A stretch of 63,428 nucleotides of DNA, the filler included, from Octopus bimaculoides (taxonomy: Eukaryota), in the NCBI RefSeq assembly GCF_001194135.2. It is 5 parts of 5 records of this genome, joined end to end, with 100 filler letters (N's around TTAATTAATTAA, not from the genome) between each part and the next. Parts side by side here need not be neighbours in the genome. Positions count along the whole stretch, not along the records: positions 1 to 10,791 come from NC_068991.1; positions 10,892 to 28,526 come from NC_068983.1; 3 more parts are not named here. The stretch is one strand, 5' to 3'. Below are positions 1 to 12,040 of the stretch, piece by piece (the stretch's first letter is position 1; each line of letters starts with the position of its first letter). Below the pieces are notes generated by a model that made no database searches, had not been told where the DNA came from, and saw only the letters and a program-made list of their open reading frames with translations. Both the position numbers and the translations under genes were made by a program.

Positions 1-243
1 TAACGTTTCTTATTTCTTTATTGCCCACAAGGGGCTAAACACAGAGGGGACAAACAAGGACAGACAAAGGGATTAAGTCGATTACATCGATCCCAATACG
101 TAACTGGTACTTAATTTATCGACCCCGAAAGGATGAAAGGCAAAGTCGACCTCGGTGGAAATTGAACTCAGAACGTAAAGACAGACGAAATACCGCTAAG
201 CATTTCGTCCGGCGTGCTAACGTTTCTGCCAGCACGCCGCCCT
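1..243 (-). mobile_element. tRNA-headed SINE family A (Meta-domain-like core), variant with Tx1-like 3' tail
   Basis: Minus strand: A-box-like TGGCAGAAACGTT, B-box-like GAGTTCAATTTCC, core GTCGACTTTGCCTTTCATCCTTTCGGGGTCGATAAATTAAGTACCAG shared with copies at 22043, 35178, 39943-40432 and 60645. Superfamily label is from memory. Confidence 0.9.
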
Positions 244-244
244 C

Positions 245-1014
245 AGTGGTTGCATATATAGAAGAGACGAGGATGGTAGTGCTGCTGGTGGCGGTGGCTG
301 CAGTGGTGATAGTGATAGGGACATAGTAGTGGTTTTAGTGCTAGTAGAGTTAGTGGTGGTAGCTGGTTGTAGCGGTAGGGCCATAGTACTGGTGATAGTG
401 GTAGTGGTAGTAGTAGTTGTACTAGTAGCAGTAGTGGCTAGTAGTAGTAGTGGTTAGTAGTAGTGGTAGGGGCATAGCACTAATGGTAGTGGTAGTAGCA
501 ATGTGATAATGTTGGTGGCTGTTAGTCGTCGTAGCAATGGTAGGAACATAGTTGTACTTGTGGTAATAGTGATAGTGGCTGTTGTGTTGGGAGTGGTAGG
601 GCCGTGGTACCAGTGATGGTGATGGCAGTATTAGCTTAAACTGTTGAAGCAGTGGTAGTGATCACAGTACGAGACAGGCGTGTTGATAATGGTAGTAGTA
701 GTGGTAGTAGTAGTGGTGGTTGTATTGGTTGTAGTGAAAGAATTGTGGCAATAGGGATGGTGATGGGGTAGTAGTATAAGCTGTTGAATTAGTAGTGGTA
801 GAGATCATGGTGCAGATTAGAGTGGTGATGACCATAGGAGTCGTTGTGGTAGTAGCTATAGTAGTAATAGTGGTATAGTCCTGGAAATAGTAGCGGGATT
901 GGCGGTTGTAGTATAAGCTGTCGTCGTATTAGTGACAATGATCATGGTGATAGGAGTGTAGGTGTGATGGTGGCAGTGGATGTTGTCGTATTAGTCGAAG
1001 TAATAACGATGAAT

Positions 1015-1089
<75 letters not shown>

Positions 1090-1598
1090 TAAGCCTTCAT
1101 TATAGTAGTGATTATGGTCGTGGTTTTCCATTCGAGACCGAACTCATATAAAAAATATTTAAAGAAAATTATTTCAAGTACCATATGTAGTGGGAGGTAA
1201 GTGTGGGGACAGAATTCATACACTTTCCCCAGTAAAACTGCTTAATCTGACCTGACTGAATGATGGTAGCGGCCTACTCTGATCAGACATGGCACCTAAA
1301 TCGTAAGCTCAAAATCGCTACAATGGTTTCGAAGAACATTCAGTAGGCCTTTGTGGCGGGGTTTTTGATTGGTCCGAGGTGGCTGCTCCTTTCTACACGT
1401 TAAGGGTACACGTTAAGGCACTATATCTTTCACGTCGTTTATATATTTGGCTGTTATTTCCACGTATCATGTACCATGTCGCAATCTGTGTAAACCCCCA
1501 CGACCATCACCATCATCACAACTATCACCAACAGCACAACCACCACCTCCACTACCACTACTACTACTACTACAACTACTACTACTACTACTACTACA

Positions 1599-1652
<54 letters not shown>

Positions 1653-2753
1653 GCTGCTGCTTTGTAATCAGTCCTTATAATGTGAATTATTGTTTCTATC
1701 GTAGTAGTAGTAGTTGTTGTTGTTGTTGTGGTGGTGGTGATGGTGATAATTGTGGAGGTGGTGGTAGTAGTAATTGTGTTCTTGTTCATGTTGGTGATGG
1801 TTGTTGTTGTGATGGCGGTACCAGTAATGGTCGCGGCTATTGGTTGGTGGGCAATGGTATTTGTCATAGTTGTATTAGTGGTGCTGATGGTAGCTGTGAT
1901 TGTGGTGTAGTGTAGAGGTACTAGTACGTCGCCGATGATGATGATGGTGATTGCAGTTGGTGGTGGTAGTAGTAGTCGAAGTGGTTGCCATTATACTAGT
2001 GATGGTCATGGTACTGGTAGTGGTTATAGTGGTAATAATAGTAGTAGCTGTTGTCGTAGTGTGGTGGAAGAGGTAGTAGCGGTGGCGGTGGTGATAGTGA
2101 TAGTACTGTTAGCTATCGTGGTAGTAGTGATGGTGATGGCAATAGTAGTAGCGGTGGTGGTAGTACCAATCACTCTGATGGTAGTACTAGTGGCCGTTGT
2201 GGTGGAGGTAGTAGTGTCAGCAGTAGCAAGAGTAATACTAGTTAGGGTGGTAGTAGCGGTGGTATAGATGGAAGTAGTAATCATTGTGACGGTGAATACG
2301 GTGGCAGTAGTAGTAGTAGTTGTGGTGGTGGTGGCGGCGGTGGTGGTAGTAGTAGTAGTGGTGGTGGTGTTGGTAGTAGTAGTAGTGGTGGTGGTGGTAG
2401 TGGTGGTAGTAATAGTAGTAGTGGTGGTGGTAGTGATAGTGGTGTTGGTGGTTGTAGTAGTAGTGGCGGCGACAGTAATCGTGGTTACAGAGTCGGTGGC
2501 TGTGGCACTAGTGGCGGTGGTAGTGAGGATGATAATCGTGGCAGTTGCAGTGGTAGTGGTAGTGGTGGAGGTAGTGGTGGTGGTGGTGGGTAGTAGTGGT
2601 AGTGATCGTTGAAGTAGTAACGGTAGTAGGGATGTTGTAGGTGGTGGTTACGCTAGTAGCGGCGGTAGTAGATGCAGGAGGTTGCGTTGGTGGCAACAGA
2701 AGCAGCATTAACAGCAGCAGCAGCAGCAACAGCATTAGTATTAATAGTAGTAA

Positions 2754-2809
<56 letters not shown>

Positions 2810-2884
2810 ATGGTGGTGGTGATGGTGATCAGGACAATGGTGGTGATAGCGACACTGGTGTAGTTGATATTGTTGTTGGTAGTA

Positions 2885-2950
<66 letters not shown>

Positions 2951-2960
2951 ACTGTGGTAG
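245..2960. repeat. Degenerate (GTA/GTG/GTT)n trinucleotide block with an inverted (CTA/CAC)n island at about 1500-1660
   Basis: Direct reading of the sequence; the GTN phase shifts repeatedly. Confidence 0.95.
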
Positions 2961-3260
2961 TGGTTGTATGATTCTTAATTCCATGTTTTGAGAATTAATT
3001 GAACTCACCAGACGTAGCTCTCAATCCGAATATAATTGGGGAAAATGAATAATCTCCGCTACTGTGCAAAATGCAAGACTTAAATGTTTTAATCCCTTCG
3101 TTCGGCTTTGCAGCGGCCTACACCGTTCCATATCGCCACCATCACCACCACCACCACCACCTCTATCTCCGCCTCCATACCACCGGGACTTCTCACTTAT
3201 ATGTAAGCATACATGCACGTATCAATGTATAAACATACACACTCTCTCTCTCTCTCTCTC

Positions 3261-3375
<115 letters not shown>

Positions 3376-3974
3376 TGTGTATAATGTAAAGTCATGACCT
3401 GCTTATCTGCCCCTCACACAAACATACTTGATAACAGAAATGTTTCGCTTAGCGTTAGACTCCAAAACATGATATGTGTGTGTATGTATGTGTGTATGTA
3501 TATATATATGTTTACGTATACATTATATATGCATAGACACACACTCATACATATATCTATATATATTTGTACNNNNNNNNNNNNNNNNNNNNNNNNNNNN
3601 NNNNNNNNNNNNNNNNNNNNNNNNNNNNNNNNNNNNNNNNNNNNNNNNNNNNNNNNNNNNNNNNNNNNNNNNNNNNNNNNNNNNNNNNNNNNNNNNNNNN
3701 NNNNNNNNNNNNNNNNNNNNNNNNNNNNNNNNNNNNNNNNNNNNNNNNNNNNNNNNNNNNNNNNNNNNNNNNNNNNNNNNNNNNNNNNNNNNNNNNNNNN
3801 NNNNNNNNNNNNNNNNNNNNNNNNNNNNNNNNNNNNNNNNNNNNNNNNNNNNNNNNNNNNNNNNNNNNNNNNNNNNNNNNNNNNNNNNNNNNNNNNNNNN
3901 NNNNNNNNNNNNNNNNNNNNNNNNNNNNATATATACACGTACATACTTACATACGTCCATGCGTTCATACATAC

Positions 3975-4150
3975 GCTGGTAAATATTCTAATCATCCACC
4001 TTAGAATTCTCCGGAATTTAGTTACCGATATAAGTACGCGTGTCTTCTCCTTATCAACTGATGAAACCGCCTTCAACGCTGCTTCATCTCACTATAATGA
4101 GCTGCTCTGGGAGACTTGGTTTCAGATCAAAACCATTATATTGCTATTTC
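3975..4150 (+). mobile_element. Penelope-like element RT/thumb relic
   Basis: Translates as SNHPP (frameshift) ILRNLVTDISTRVFSLSTDETAFNAASSHYNELL, matching the PLE pattern SNHPP..I...I..R...LS.....F..A...Y...L. Confidence 0.65.
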
Positions 4151-4242
4151 TTGCAGGCTTAGAAATACCAATAGAAAATAATAGCTAAAACGAATTGTGG
4201 TTTAATCCACCTTTTAGTCTTAATAACTTAGTGAGTAAATTA

Positions 4243-4570
4243 TTTTACTTGTTTCAGCCATTAAACTGGAGTAATTCTGGGGCACCGCATTTGGTGGTTT
4301 AGACAGAGGTCAACCGTGAGCCTTGTACTAACTTTGAAGGTCTCTTTTCGTTGAACCACTAAGTTACGGGGACGTAATCAAATCAACAACAAAAAGCACA
4401 AACACAAACACAAACACACGCATTCACGCACGCACAAACACATACACACACACACACAAATACAAGACAGGCTTCTTTTAGTTTCCGTCCACCAAATCCA
4501 TCCTAAGGGCTTTGGCATCACGGAATAAGACTGAACCCAGAACCATATGGTTGGAAAGTAAACTATTTAT
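4243..4570 (-). mobile_element. SINE family B (OR2-like CORE-SINE), degenerate
   Basis: Reverse-complement similarity to the head, internal microsatellite and tail of the copies at 10033 and 23027. Confidence 0.8.
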
Positions 4571-4799
4571 GAGACAGCCAAAGAATCTAGATATAGAATT
4601 ATCAACGCAAGCAACTGAATGTCTGCTAGTCTTGTAAAATTTTGTAAATTCTGGTAACCGTGTATGTCGGTCAAGCTTTAACCATGGGACCCAACATGAC
4701 TTACGAGATTTAGCGAAGAATAAGAATAGGCTGAAGAGCGTTGAACTCTGCGAAGGATATGCTGAAAGCAACCTCTACAAAGCCACTCATACAAACCTC

Positions 4800-5012
4800 A
4801 TGTGTGTTTTTGTGCCAATATTTGTCTCCTCCCAGCGCTTGACAGCTAGTGTTGGTGTCTTTACTTCCTCGTAATATAGCAGTTCGGCCAAAGACACCGA
4901 GAGACTAAGTACCAGACCTTAAAACAAGTATTGGTGTCGATCCATCGAACTAAAAATTCTTCGAGGCGGTGCCCGAGTACGGCCGCAGTCTACTGACTGA
5001 AACAGGAAAAAA
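4800..5012 (+). mobile_element. SINE family B 3' half
   Basis: GCTTGACA..GTTCGGCCAAAGA..GGCCGCAGTC..GACTGAAACA motifs. Confidence 0.75.
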
Positions 5013-5624
5013 ACAACAAAACATGATTTAGAAGAAATTTCTAGCGTATATAGTCATTCTTAAAAACATCTGGCAGATTCGAACATGAATATCTCTTTTC
5101 CGTCACCGGAGAATACCTCATACTCTTCTCCCTTTAAAAATCTGTGATGATTGTGCCTATGATTTACCAGTGCAAAGGAATTTTGAGGCACTGCGGTGTT
5201 TCAACCTTGCTGTGTGTTACCCCAAACGACTGATTAATCTAACACGAGTTAAGGCTTTTTGCTTATGGAAATCGGTAATCAAAGAACTCGCTGATGTCTT
5301 CTCAGCTGATACTAATTCATGAGTTGCACGCAGTGCAGTGAGAATCCAAGCAATAACAAATCTTTTCATTCGTGAAAAAGTTCTGATGAATTCATACTCG
5401 AAAGTCTGCCAACCGTTGTTTTCCGTCATCAGAGAACACCTTCTCTCTTTAGACAGAGAGTGTTCATCACAAACGCAATTCATCGGTGTAATGGGGACTT
5501 TATGACAATGCGGTTTCCGACCTTGTTGCATATCTCCTCAGTCAAACCTACTTCGTCATGCTGATAAATTCAACAGCGATCTGATATTCAACTTCGAGTG
5601 TCTCAATGTATTAAGGAAGTATTT

Positions 5625-5818
5625 TTTTACTCTTTCACTTGTTTCAGTCATTTGACAGCGGCCATTCTGGAGCACCACCTTTAACCACCTTTAGTCGAAC
5701 AAATCGATCCCAGGACTTATTTTTTGTAAGCCTCGTACTTATTTTATCGGTCGCTTTTGTCGAACCACTAAGTTACGGGGACGAAAACACACCAACATCG
5801 GTTGTCAGACACACACAC
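5625..5818 (-). mobile_element. SINE family B 3' half
   Basis: Reverse complement of the family B tail, ending at a (CA)n run. Confidence 0.85.
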
Positions 5819-7192
5819 GAGATTACGTGTAGGGTGGCCACTCTCACCTAGCAATGGGCCGAGAGGAAGCTGTCTTTTAAATATCAGGCTAAGGTGGCGA
5901 ATGCGTATATCGCATCCATCATCTACTACCGTTTGACTTTCGTGCCTTGTCCCCATCCCATCATCACAAAACTGGAACGTAATACTCTTCTGCTTTTTGT
6001 GGAAGGTAAGCGTTCTGATGGTCAGGCGATCCATTTGCTGCTAACACCCGCTAAATGCTGTGGATACTGATGTACAGACATGTGCTGAGACTGCTTCATC
6101 TCCAGTATTTCATAGACGACAGTGAACAGGTGTGGTCGCCGTTTGTTATACACGCTTTCCTGTAGCTCGTCTCTTTGACCGAACTGCAATCGGGGATCAA
6201 ACTGAGACCGAGGCTGGGCGAATGGCAAACTGAGTGTCACCATGCTCTCGAACAACTCTGCCGTCCGGGATCAAACTTCTGCGACTTCAATTCCACGAAG
6301 GCCTTCTATTGAGGATTAGTGGAGGGGAGGTGCGACGATGTTCTTAGGAAGATCCTGGGCGTCGATGAGGAATACCTGGCCCGTATCTTCAAGACCATTT
6401 TCGAGCCGGGACCTATGTACAATTTCCAGAGATCCCTGACCTGGCAGAGCTATCGGGAAGTATTGCCCGTTCGGGATAAGCTCTACAGGCACGGTTCAAG
6501 AAACACCGGACGGACTTGCCCGAAATACGGTCAGAGCGAGGCATTGTTCTGCACGCATTCGTGCAATGTCCAAACATTTCAGACCTGTGGGCTTATGTCG
6601 AATGGCAGCAGTCACGTGTGGGACGAATTCGGTTGTCGTCCGAGTCTGTCGTGAATAGTGCCCTGTCACCTTCCTTTAACAGTTTTCATTGTACTGGTGG
6701 CTATGGTGAATGAATGTGTGTGGTGGACTCGTGCGAAGGGTTTAGAAGCAAACACTTTCCTCTCTGGTATCACTTGAAGAGGAAGGTGAGACTAAAGAGG
6801 GAGGTTTTGTCTAATGAAAGGTTCATCAAAAGGTAGGTGAATGAGGCAAGAATGATACTAATAAATTACGGAGCCATTTTGAGCATGAACCTATAAACCA
6901 AAGAGAGAAAGAGCACCTTGCTCCCATGTTAATGTTTTCCTTTACGTTTCCGAGGTTAACGGGGTTCTTTTTCGTAGGTTTTTCTTTCAACGGATAAACC
7001 TAGTTAATGTTATATGTCCTCTCCCTTTTGAGAACTCTAATTGTTAACAACGACTTTTGTGTTATTTCCCTGTTTACAAGTTCAAAAAAAGAAAGAAAAA
7101 AAAAGGTCTTTCGTTCCTTTTTGATCGATTTCGAAAAAGAAAAATTCTACATTGTATTGTCCCCTCTGTGTTCAGCCCTGCGTGGCTAATAA

Positions 7193-7193
<1 letters not shown>
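5819..7193 (+). mobile_element. 5'-truncated Tx1/L1-clade LINE: ORF2 C-terminus with zf-RVT, 3'UTR and tail
   Basis: Translation across stops and frameshifts: W.ERKLSFKYQAKVANAYIASIIYYRLTFVPCP..LF.FLWK..RRSICC.HPLN; LPVRDKLYRHG..TCP..Q...VLHAFVQCPNISDLWAYVE. Stop at 6894-6896; tail ends GGCTAATAAA. Confidence 0.88.
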
Positions 7194-7244
<51 letters not shown>

Positions 7245-7320
7245 GTCTACTTGCCTGCCTACCTGCCTGTCTGTCTGTCTGTCTGTTTGTTTGTCTATCT
7301 ATCAATCTATTTATCTATCT
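7193..7320 (+). repeat. (TCTA)n/(TCTG)n microsatellite abutting the Tx1 3' end
   Basis: Direct reading. Confidence 0.95.
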
Positions 7321-7966
7321 GTGTGCATGTGTATATATGTATGTGTATCTTTACATACACACACACCACATACACACACACACATACGCAAACACACACA
7401 CACACATATATGTGATGTGTGTGTGTGTGTGTTTGCGAGTGTGCATGTTCTTGAGCCTTGCTTCGTAGCGATTGCTTGTTTTACTTGTTATTCTCTTAGT
7501 TTTCTTCTTGAACAGACGGCCTTAAAGGACTGGGCGTAATTCTTAGCATCTGTTTCAACTGATGCTGCTGTGAGATGTATCAAAGAGTGATAAATAACAT
7601 GAGCTCGAAACGTTTATTTTCTTTTTTTTTTTTTAAGATTCTTTTCAAAGATAAAAATGTAGAGAAAATTATTTACAAAAAAATTTTCCTAAAGAAAATT
7701 GATACTACTTTCGTGTTTCATTTCTGTTTTGAAGATTTTTTATAAAAAAGAAAAAAGAATTATTCATTTCTTATTTATGTGTGTGTGTGTTACAATTCAA
7801 TCCCTCTGAAAAAAGAATAACTTAAACGAGGAAGGAAAAAAAAAATTATGTTGGGTATGCCAGACATTTGATAACAGATCAAGCACTGATATCTTACATA
7901 TTTTAAAAAATAATTTTTAAGTACACGCGGCTTAGCATGCGTGCCTGTATTATCAGACGTACATGC

Positions 7967-8009
<43 letters not shown>

Positions 8010-8902
8010 AAAAGATATATGCGTACGCATGCACAGATTCATACATGTATATGTGTCATGAATGTGTGTGTGTGTGTGTATATGTTTGTGCATGTGTGTG
8101 TATATATATGTATGTGTATATATCTTTATTTATGTATATATATATATATATATANNNNNNNNNNNNNNNNNNNNNNNNNNNNNNNNNNNNNNNNNNNNNN
8201 NNNNNNNNNNNNNNNNNNNNNNNNNNNNNNNNNNNNNNNNNNNNNNNNNNNNNNNNNNNNNNNNNNNNNNNNNNNNNNNNNNNNNNNNNNNNNNATATAT
8301 ATTGAGAGAGAGAGAGAGAGTGATAGAGAGAGATAGAGAGATAGATAGATAGATATGCATATTTACTCCCACACGCACATACACAGACATGGACATGCGC
8401 GCACGCACACACACACACAGACACACACACACAGACACACACACACACAGACACACACACACAGACACACACTTCTTCTTTTAGAAGAAGAGGGTGTCAA
8501 GGGCTGTGAAAATTCAACTTGCTAGTCTTCATCAGACAGTTCCATAATGGCGAACAGGCCGAAACTTCGAACTCACTGTCACCCACATCTTGTAAAAGTG
8601 TAATAAATTATATACTCCACTAAACGTACTGCGTATTTTTTTCAGAATTCAATATAAAAGCAAGTATTAATATGCACAATTTATTTCCATCCATTCATCC
8701 ATCCATCCATACATACATACATATACATACACACTTACATACATACATACATACATATACATACATGTGAGTGTGTGTGTACACAGACATATATACTCTA
8801 ATAAATATTTATACATATACATACACACACTCACTCACACACCACATATATATTTGTGTGTGTGTATGTGGTGTGTGTGTGTAAAGATACACGCATACAT
8901 AC

Positions 8903-8947
<45 letters not shown>

Positions 8948-9756
8948 NNNNNNNNNNNNNNNNNNNNNNNNNNNNNNNNNNNNNNNNNNNNNNNNNNNNN
9001 NNNNNNNNNNNNNNNNNNNNNNNNNNNNNNNNNNNNNNNNNNNNNNNNNNNNNNNNNNNNNNNNNNNNNNNNNNNNNNNNNNNNNNNNNNNNNNNNNNNN
9101 NNNNNNNNNNNNNNNNNNNNNNNNNNNNNNNNNNNNNNNNNNNNNNNNNNNNNNNNNNNNNNNNNNNNNNNNNNNNNNNNNNNNNNNNNNNNNNNNNNNN
9201 NNNNNNNNNNNNNNNNNNNNNNNNNNNNNNNNNNNNNATACACTCACAAACAGATTTATATATATGGAGAGCGGGAGAGAAAGTGGAGAAAAAAGAAAAT
9301 GGAAGAGAGAAAGGGAGAGAAGGATAGAAGGAGTGAGGGAGAGACGGAGAGAGCGAGAGAGCGAGAGAGCGAGAGAGAGCTTGAAAACAAAGTAACAGTT
9401 TTTTTTTTCACTTGTTCTTAAATTCTGTTCTTTCATGTTCAAATAAATTGTTAGATTTTTTTCTTATCCTAATCTCTTAATCACGATATCTTCCAGACCA
9501 TACTGTGTGGCCGACCACACATAATGGAGTTTCATTTCGTTGGATTATTTCTCTATTTGAAATATGAACAATCACTATACATGTTTAAGATCCCGGAACT
9601 TAGTAATCTAAACTGTAAAAACGGCTGACTGGTTGCTAGTTTAACCTTTTGCCCGTTCATAGTATTTCCATAACTTTGTCCTAAATGTTCATGCTTCTTT
9701 CAGACATTTTGTGAATCCTTTTTTCATACGTTCTGAGTAAAAATGAGAGTAAAGAC

Positions 9757-9990
9757 CGTCATCGGTCATGACTGACCATGGGATTGCACCTAGAAAGTTC
9801 CCCTCGTAGGTACAAGTCCGGCCAAGGCTGTTTATGGAAGACCAGAAGCCACACATGCATGCCAGTCTCTCCTCTCTACGCCACCGATGTTATCCAAGGG
9901 AAAGGCAAAGACTGATACAGCTTGGCACCAGTGACGTGGCAACTCATTTCTACAGCTGAGTGAACCGGAGAAACGGGAAATAAAGTGCTC
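9757..9990 (-). mobile_element. SINE family D 3' part (CORE-like centre), head missing
   Basis: Minus strand TTTATTTCCCGTTTCTCCGGTTCACTCAGCTGTAGAAATGAG..GGTGCAATCCCATGGTCAGTCATGACCGA resembles an octopus SINE body I recall; single copy here. Confidence 0.55.
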
Positions 9991-10032
9991 TACTCAAAGC
10001 TTTCCTTTCATAAGTCCGAAGTTGTAAAGATA

Positions 10033-10370
10033 GGCGTAGGAGTGGCTGTGTTGTAAGTAGCTTGCTTACGAACCACATGGTTCCGGGTTCAATCCCACTG
10101 CGTGGCACCTTGGGTAAGTGTCTTCTACTATAGCCTCGGGCCGACCATAAGCTCTGTGAGTGGATTTGGTAGACGGAAACTGAAAGAGGGCCGTCGTATA
10201 TATGTATGTGTATATGTTTGTGTGTCTGTGTTTGTCCCCCCAACATCGCTTGACAACCGATGCTGGTGTGTTTACGTCCCCGTAACTTAGCAATTCAGCA
10301 AAAGAGACCCGATAGAATAAGTAGTAGGCTTACAAAAATAAGTCCTGAGGTCGATTTGCTCGACTAAAGA
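10033..10370 (+). mobile_element. SINE family B (OR2-like CORE-SINE), nearly full length, 3' end lost
   Basis: tRNA-like head (GTGGCTGTGTTGT; GGGTTCAATCCC), CORE-like ACCTTGGGTAAGTGTCTT, internal (TA)(TG) microsatellite, tail. Confidence 0.92.
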
Positions 10371-10580
10371 ATGTAGAATCCTAGATTCTTTAGTCGAGCA
10401 AATCCTAGATGAGGGACCTGCCACCACGGAATAGGGAAATTATCATACCGTTCGAAGTTAATCTGGAGGTTGAAATAAGTTGGGAATGTGTATCATATAT
10501 GATGTATGGACGCCAAGGAAATTTTGTGAGTGAACATGGTAGACATGAAAGCCGGTTGTGTAAATACATATTAACATATA

Positions 10581-10655
10581 CGGTAATCTCTCAACTATTG
10601 CGGGAAGTACGTACCAAAACATCCCGCGATAGGTGAAAATCCGTGAAGTAGAAAC
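10581..10655. mobile_element. Tigger/pogo-type terminal fragment
   Basis: TA|CGGTAATCTCTCAACTATTGCG..GATAGGTGAAAATCCGTGAAGTAGAAAC; second copy at 37291. Confidence 0.65.
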
Positions 10656-10913
10656 AGTACTGTACTGTATATTTTTATTTTTATTTTTATAATCTGTATA
10701 TATTTATTTTATTATAAGTGCAAAACAACACCCAAAGGAACCTGTAGTTTTATATATACATATATCTATATATATACATATATATATATATNNNNNNNNN
10801 NNNNNNNNNNNNNNNNNNNNNNNNNNNNNNNNNNNTTAATTAATTAANNNNNNNNNNNNNNNNNNNNNNNNNNNNNNNNNNNNNNNNNNNNTGATAGTGT
10901 TTGTTATATAAGT

Positions 10914-11199
10914 CAGGGGTTTTCAAACTTTTTGACTTGCGGACCCCTTTATATTTCAGGCTTTACCTTAGGGATCCCCTTATAAACGCTTATGAAACAT
11001 ACATAAATATTTGCTTAAATTAACATATATTTTTACATTTATTTATTTAACAGTATTTAACAAATAGGTTTATTGTCAATTAAAAGATTTCGATTAAAAA
11101 TCATATAAAATCAAATTGCCCATAAAAAGTATTTGCTGACCCTCTGTCTTGTCCTTGCGGACCCCCTGTGGTCCGCGGACCACAGTTTGAAAACCCCTG
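10914..11199. mobile_element. hAT-type MITE (286 bp)
   Basis: Perfect 16-bp TIR CAGGGGTTTTCAAACT; 8-bp TSD ATATAAGT/ATCTAAGT (7 of 8); subterminal palindrome GTGGTCCGCGGACCAC. Confidence 0.92.
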
Positions 11200-11209
11200 A
11201 TCTAAGTAA

Positions 11210-11730
11210 CCTAAAGTGTAGTGGAGGTTGTTCTGAATTCATCGCAGCCAGGGTAAGAAGCAAGTGGAAATGCTTCAGAGAAATAATACCTCTGCTGGCA
11301 CCAAAAGCATTCCTCTTCAAGTGAATGGTACATTGTATGATGGTTGTATGTATAGCAGGCGTTCAATGTAGAATATGTATGAAGGCTGGAAATAAATAAA
11401 GTGAACAGCTTCTGTTGGATGTGTAATATTATTGTGAATGAATGATGGAAAACAAATGGGCCGAGACAAAGAATCAGTTGTAGTGTGTAAGAGAGAAGAC
11501 TGTGCTGGTATAGACATGATACTTATGAAGATGAGAAATGGATAAGTAATTGCCAAGTAGTCCAAATGGAAGGAGCCAGTGAAAAAGAAAGACATGAAAA
11601 GTGATGGAGGCTCATTAAGAAGAGTGAACCTCATTATGGAGATAACGAAGTGGTAAGACACTATGTTGGAGGAGAGTATTCCAAACCAAATAAGTATTAA
11701 AAAGTGGATGTAAATGAAGACAATGATGAT
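11210..11730 (+). mobile_element. RTE-clade LINE 3' relic
   Basis: SGGCSEFIAARVRSKWKCFREIIPLLAPK..GTLYDGC matches the RTE post-RT region; ends in a degenerate GGATGTAAA..GATGAT tail. Confidence 0.75.
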
Positions 11731-11788
11731 ACATACTTGTGCATGTGCACGCATGCAAATCCATCCATCCATCCATACACACATACAT

Positions 11789-11830
<42 letters not shown>

Positions 11831-11859
11831 AGGCATGCATACATATATACATGTATACA

Positions 11860-12040
11860 AACATACAAAATTGTACCTATCATCATAGGTGTATTAGGCT
11901 ATGTACTTAAAAAAATTTACATGGAAACCTAGAAATACTATGTTTCTCAAAGAATTAGCAAAAGAAACTGATGTGGATTCCTCCACATCCAATTTATTAG
12001 TGGCACAGTGAAGATTTGTAAGATATCCCAAAGAATATTT
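11860..12040 (+). mobile_element. RLE-type (R4/Dong-like) LINE C-terminal relic
   Basis: YKIVPIIIGVLGYV....ISGTVKICK resembles the RLE C-terminal PI(I/V)IGALG motif. Confidence 0.5.

Noticed and set aside
942-2991. Thr-, Val- or Ser-rich ORFs (mucin-like)
   Set aside because: They are translations of GTN microsatellite with frequent phase shifts and no splice structure.
5161-5620. Protein-like unique segment (104-aa minus-strand ORF)
   Set aside because: No recognisable motif or splice signals; it cannot be supported without a search.
8515-8575. Two opposed degenerate hammerhead-like fragments
   Set aside because: Each lacks half of the core; too degenerate to call.
10836-10847. TTAATTAATTAA islands between N runs (also about 28571, 45607, 59590)
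   Set aside because: The same 12-mer, with stops in all six frames, sits between equal N blocks each time; it is an assembly linker, not biology.
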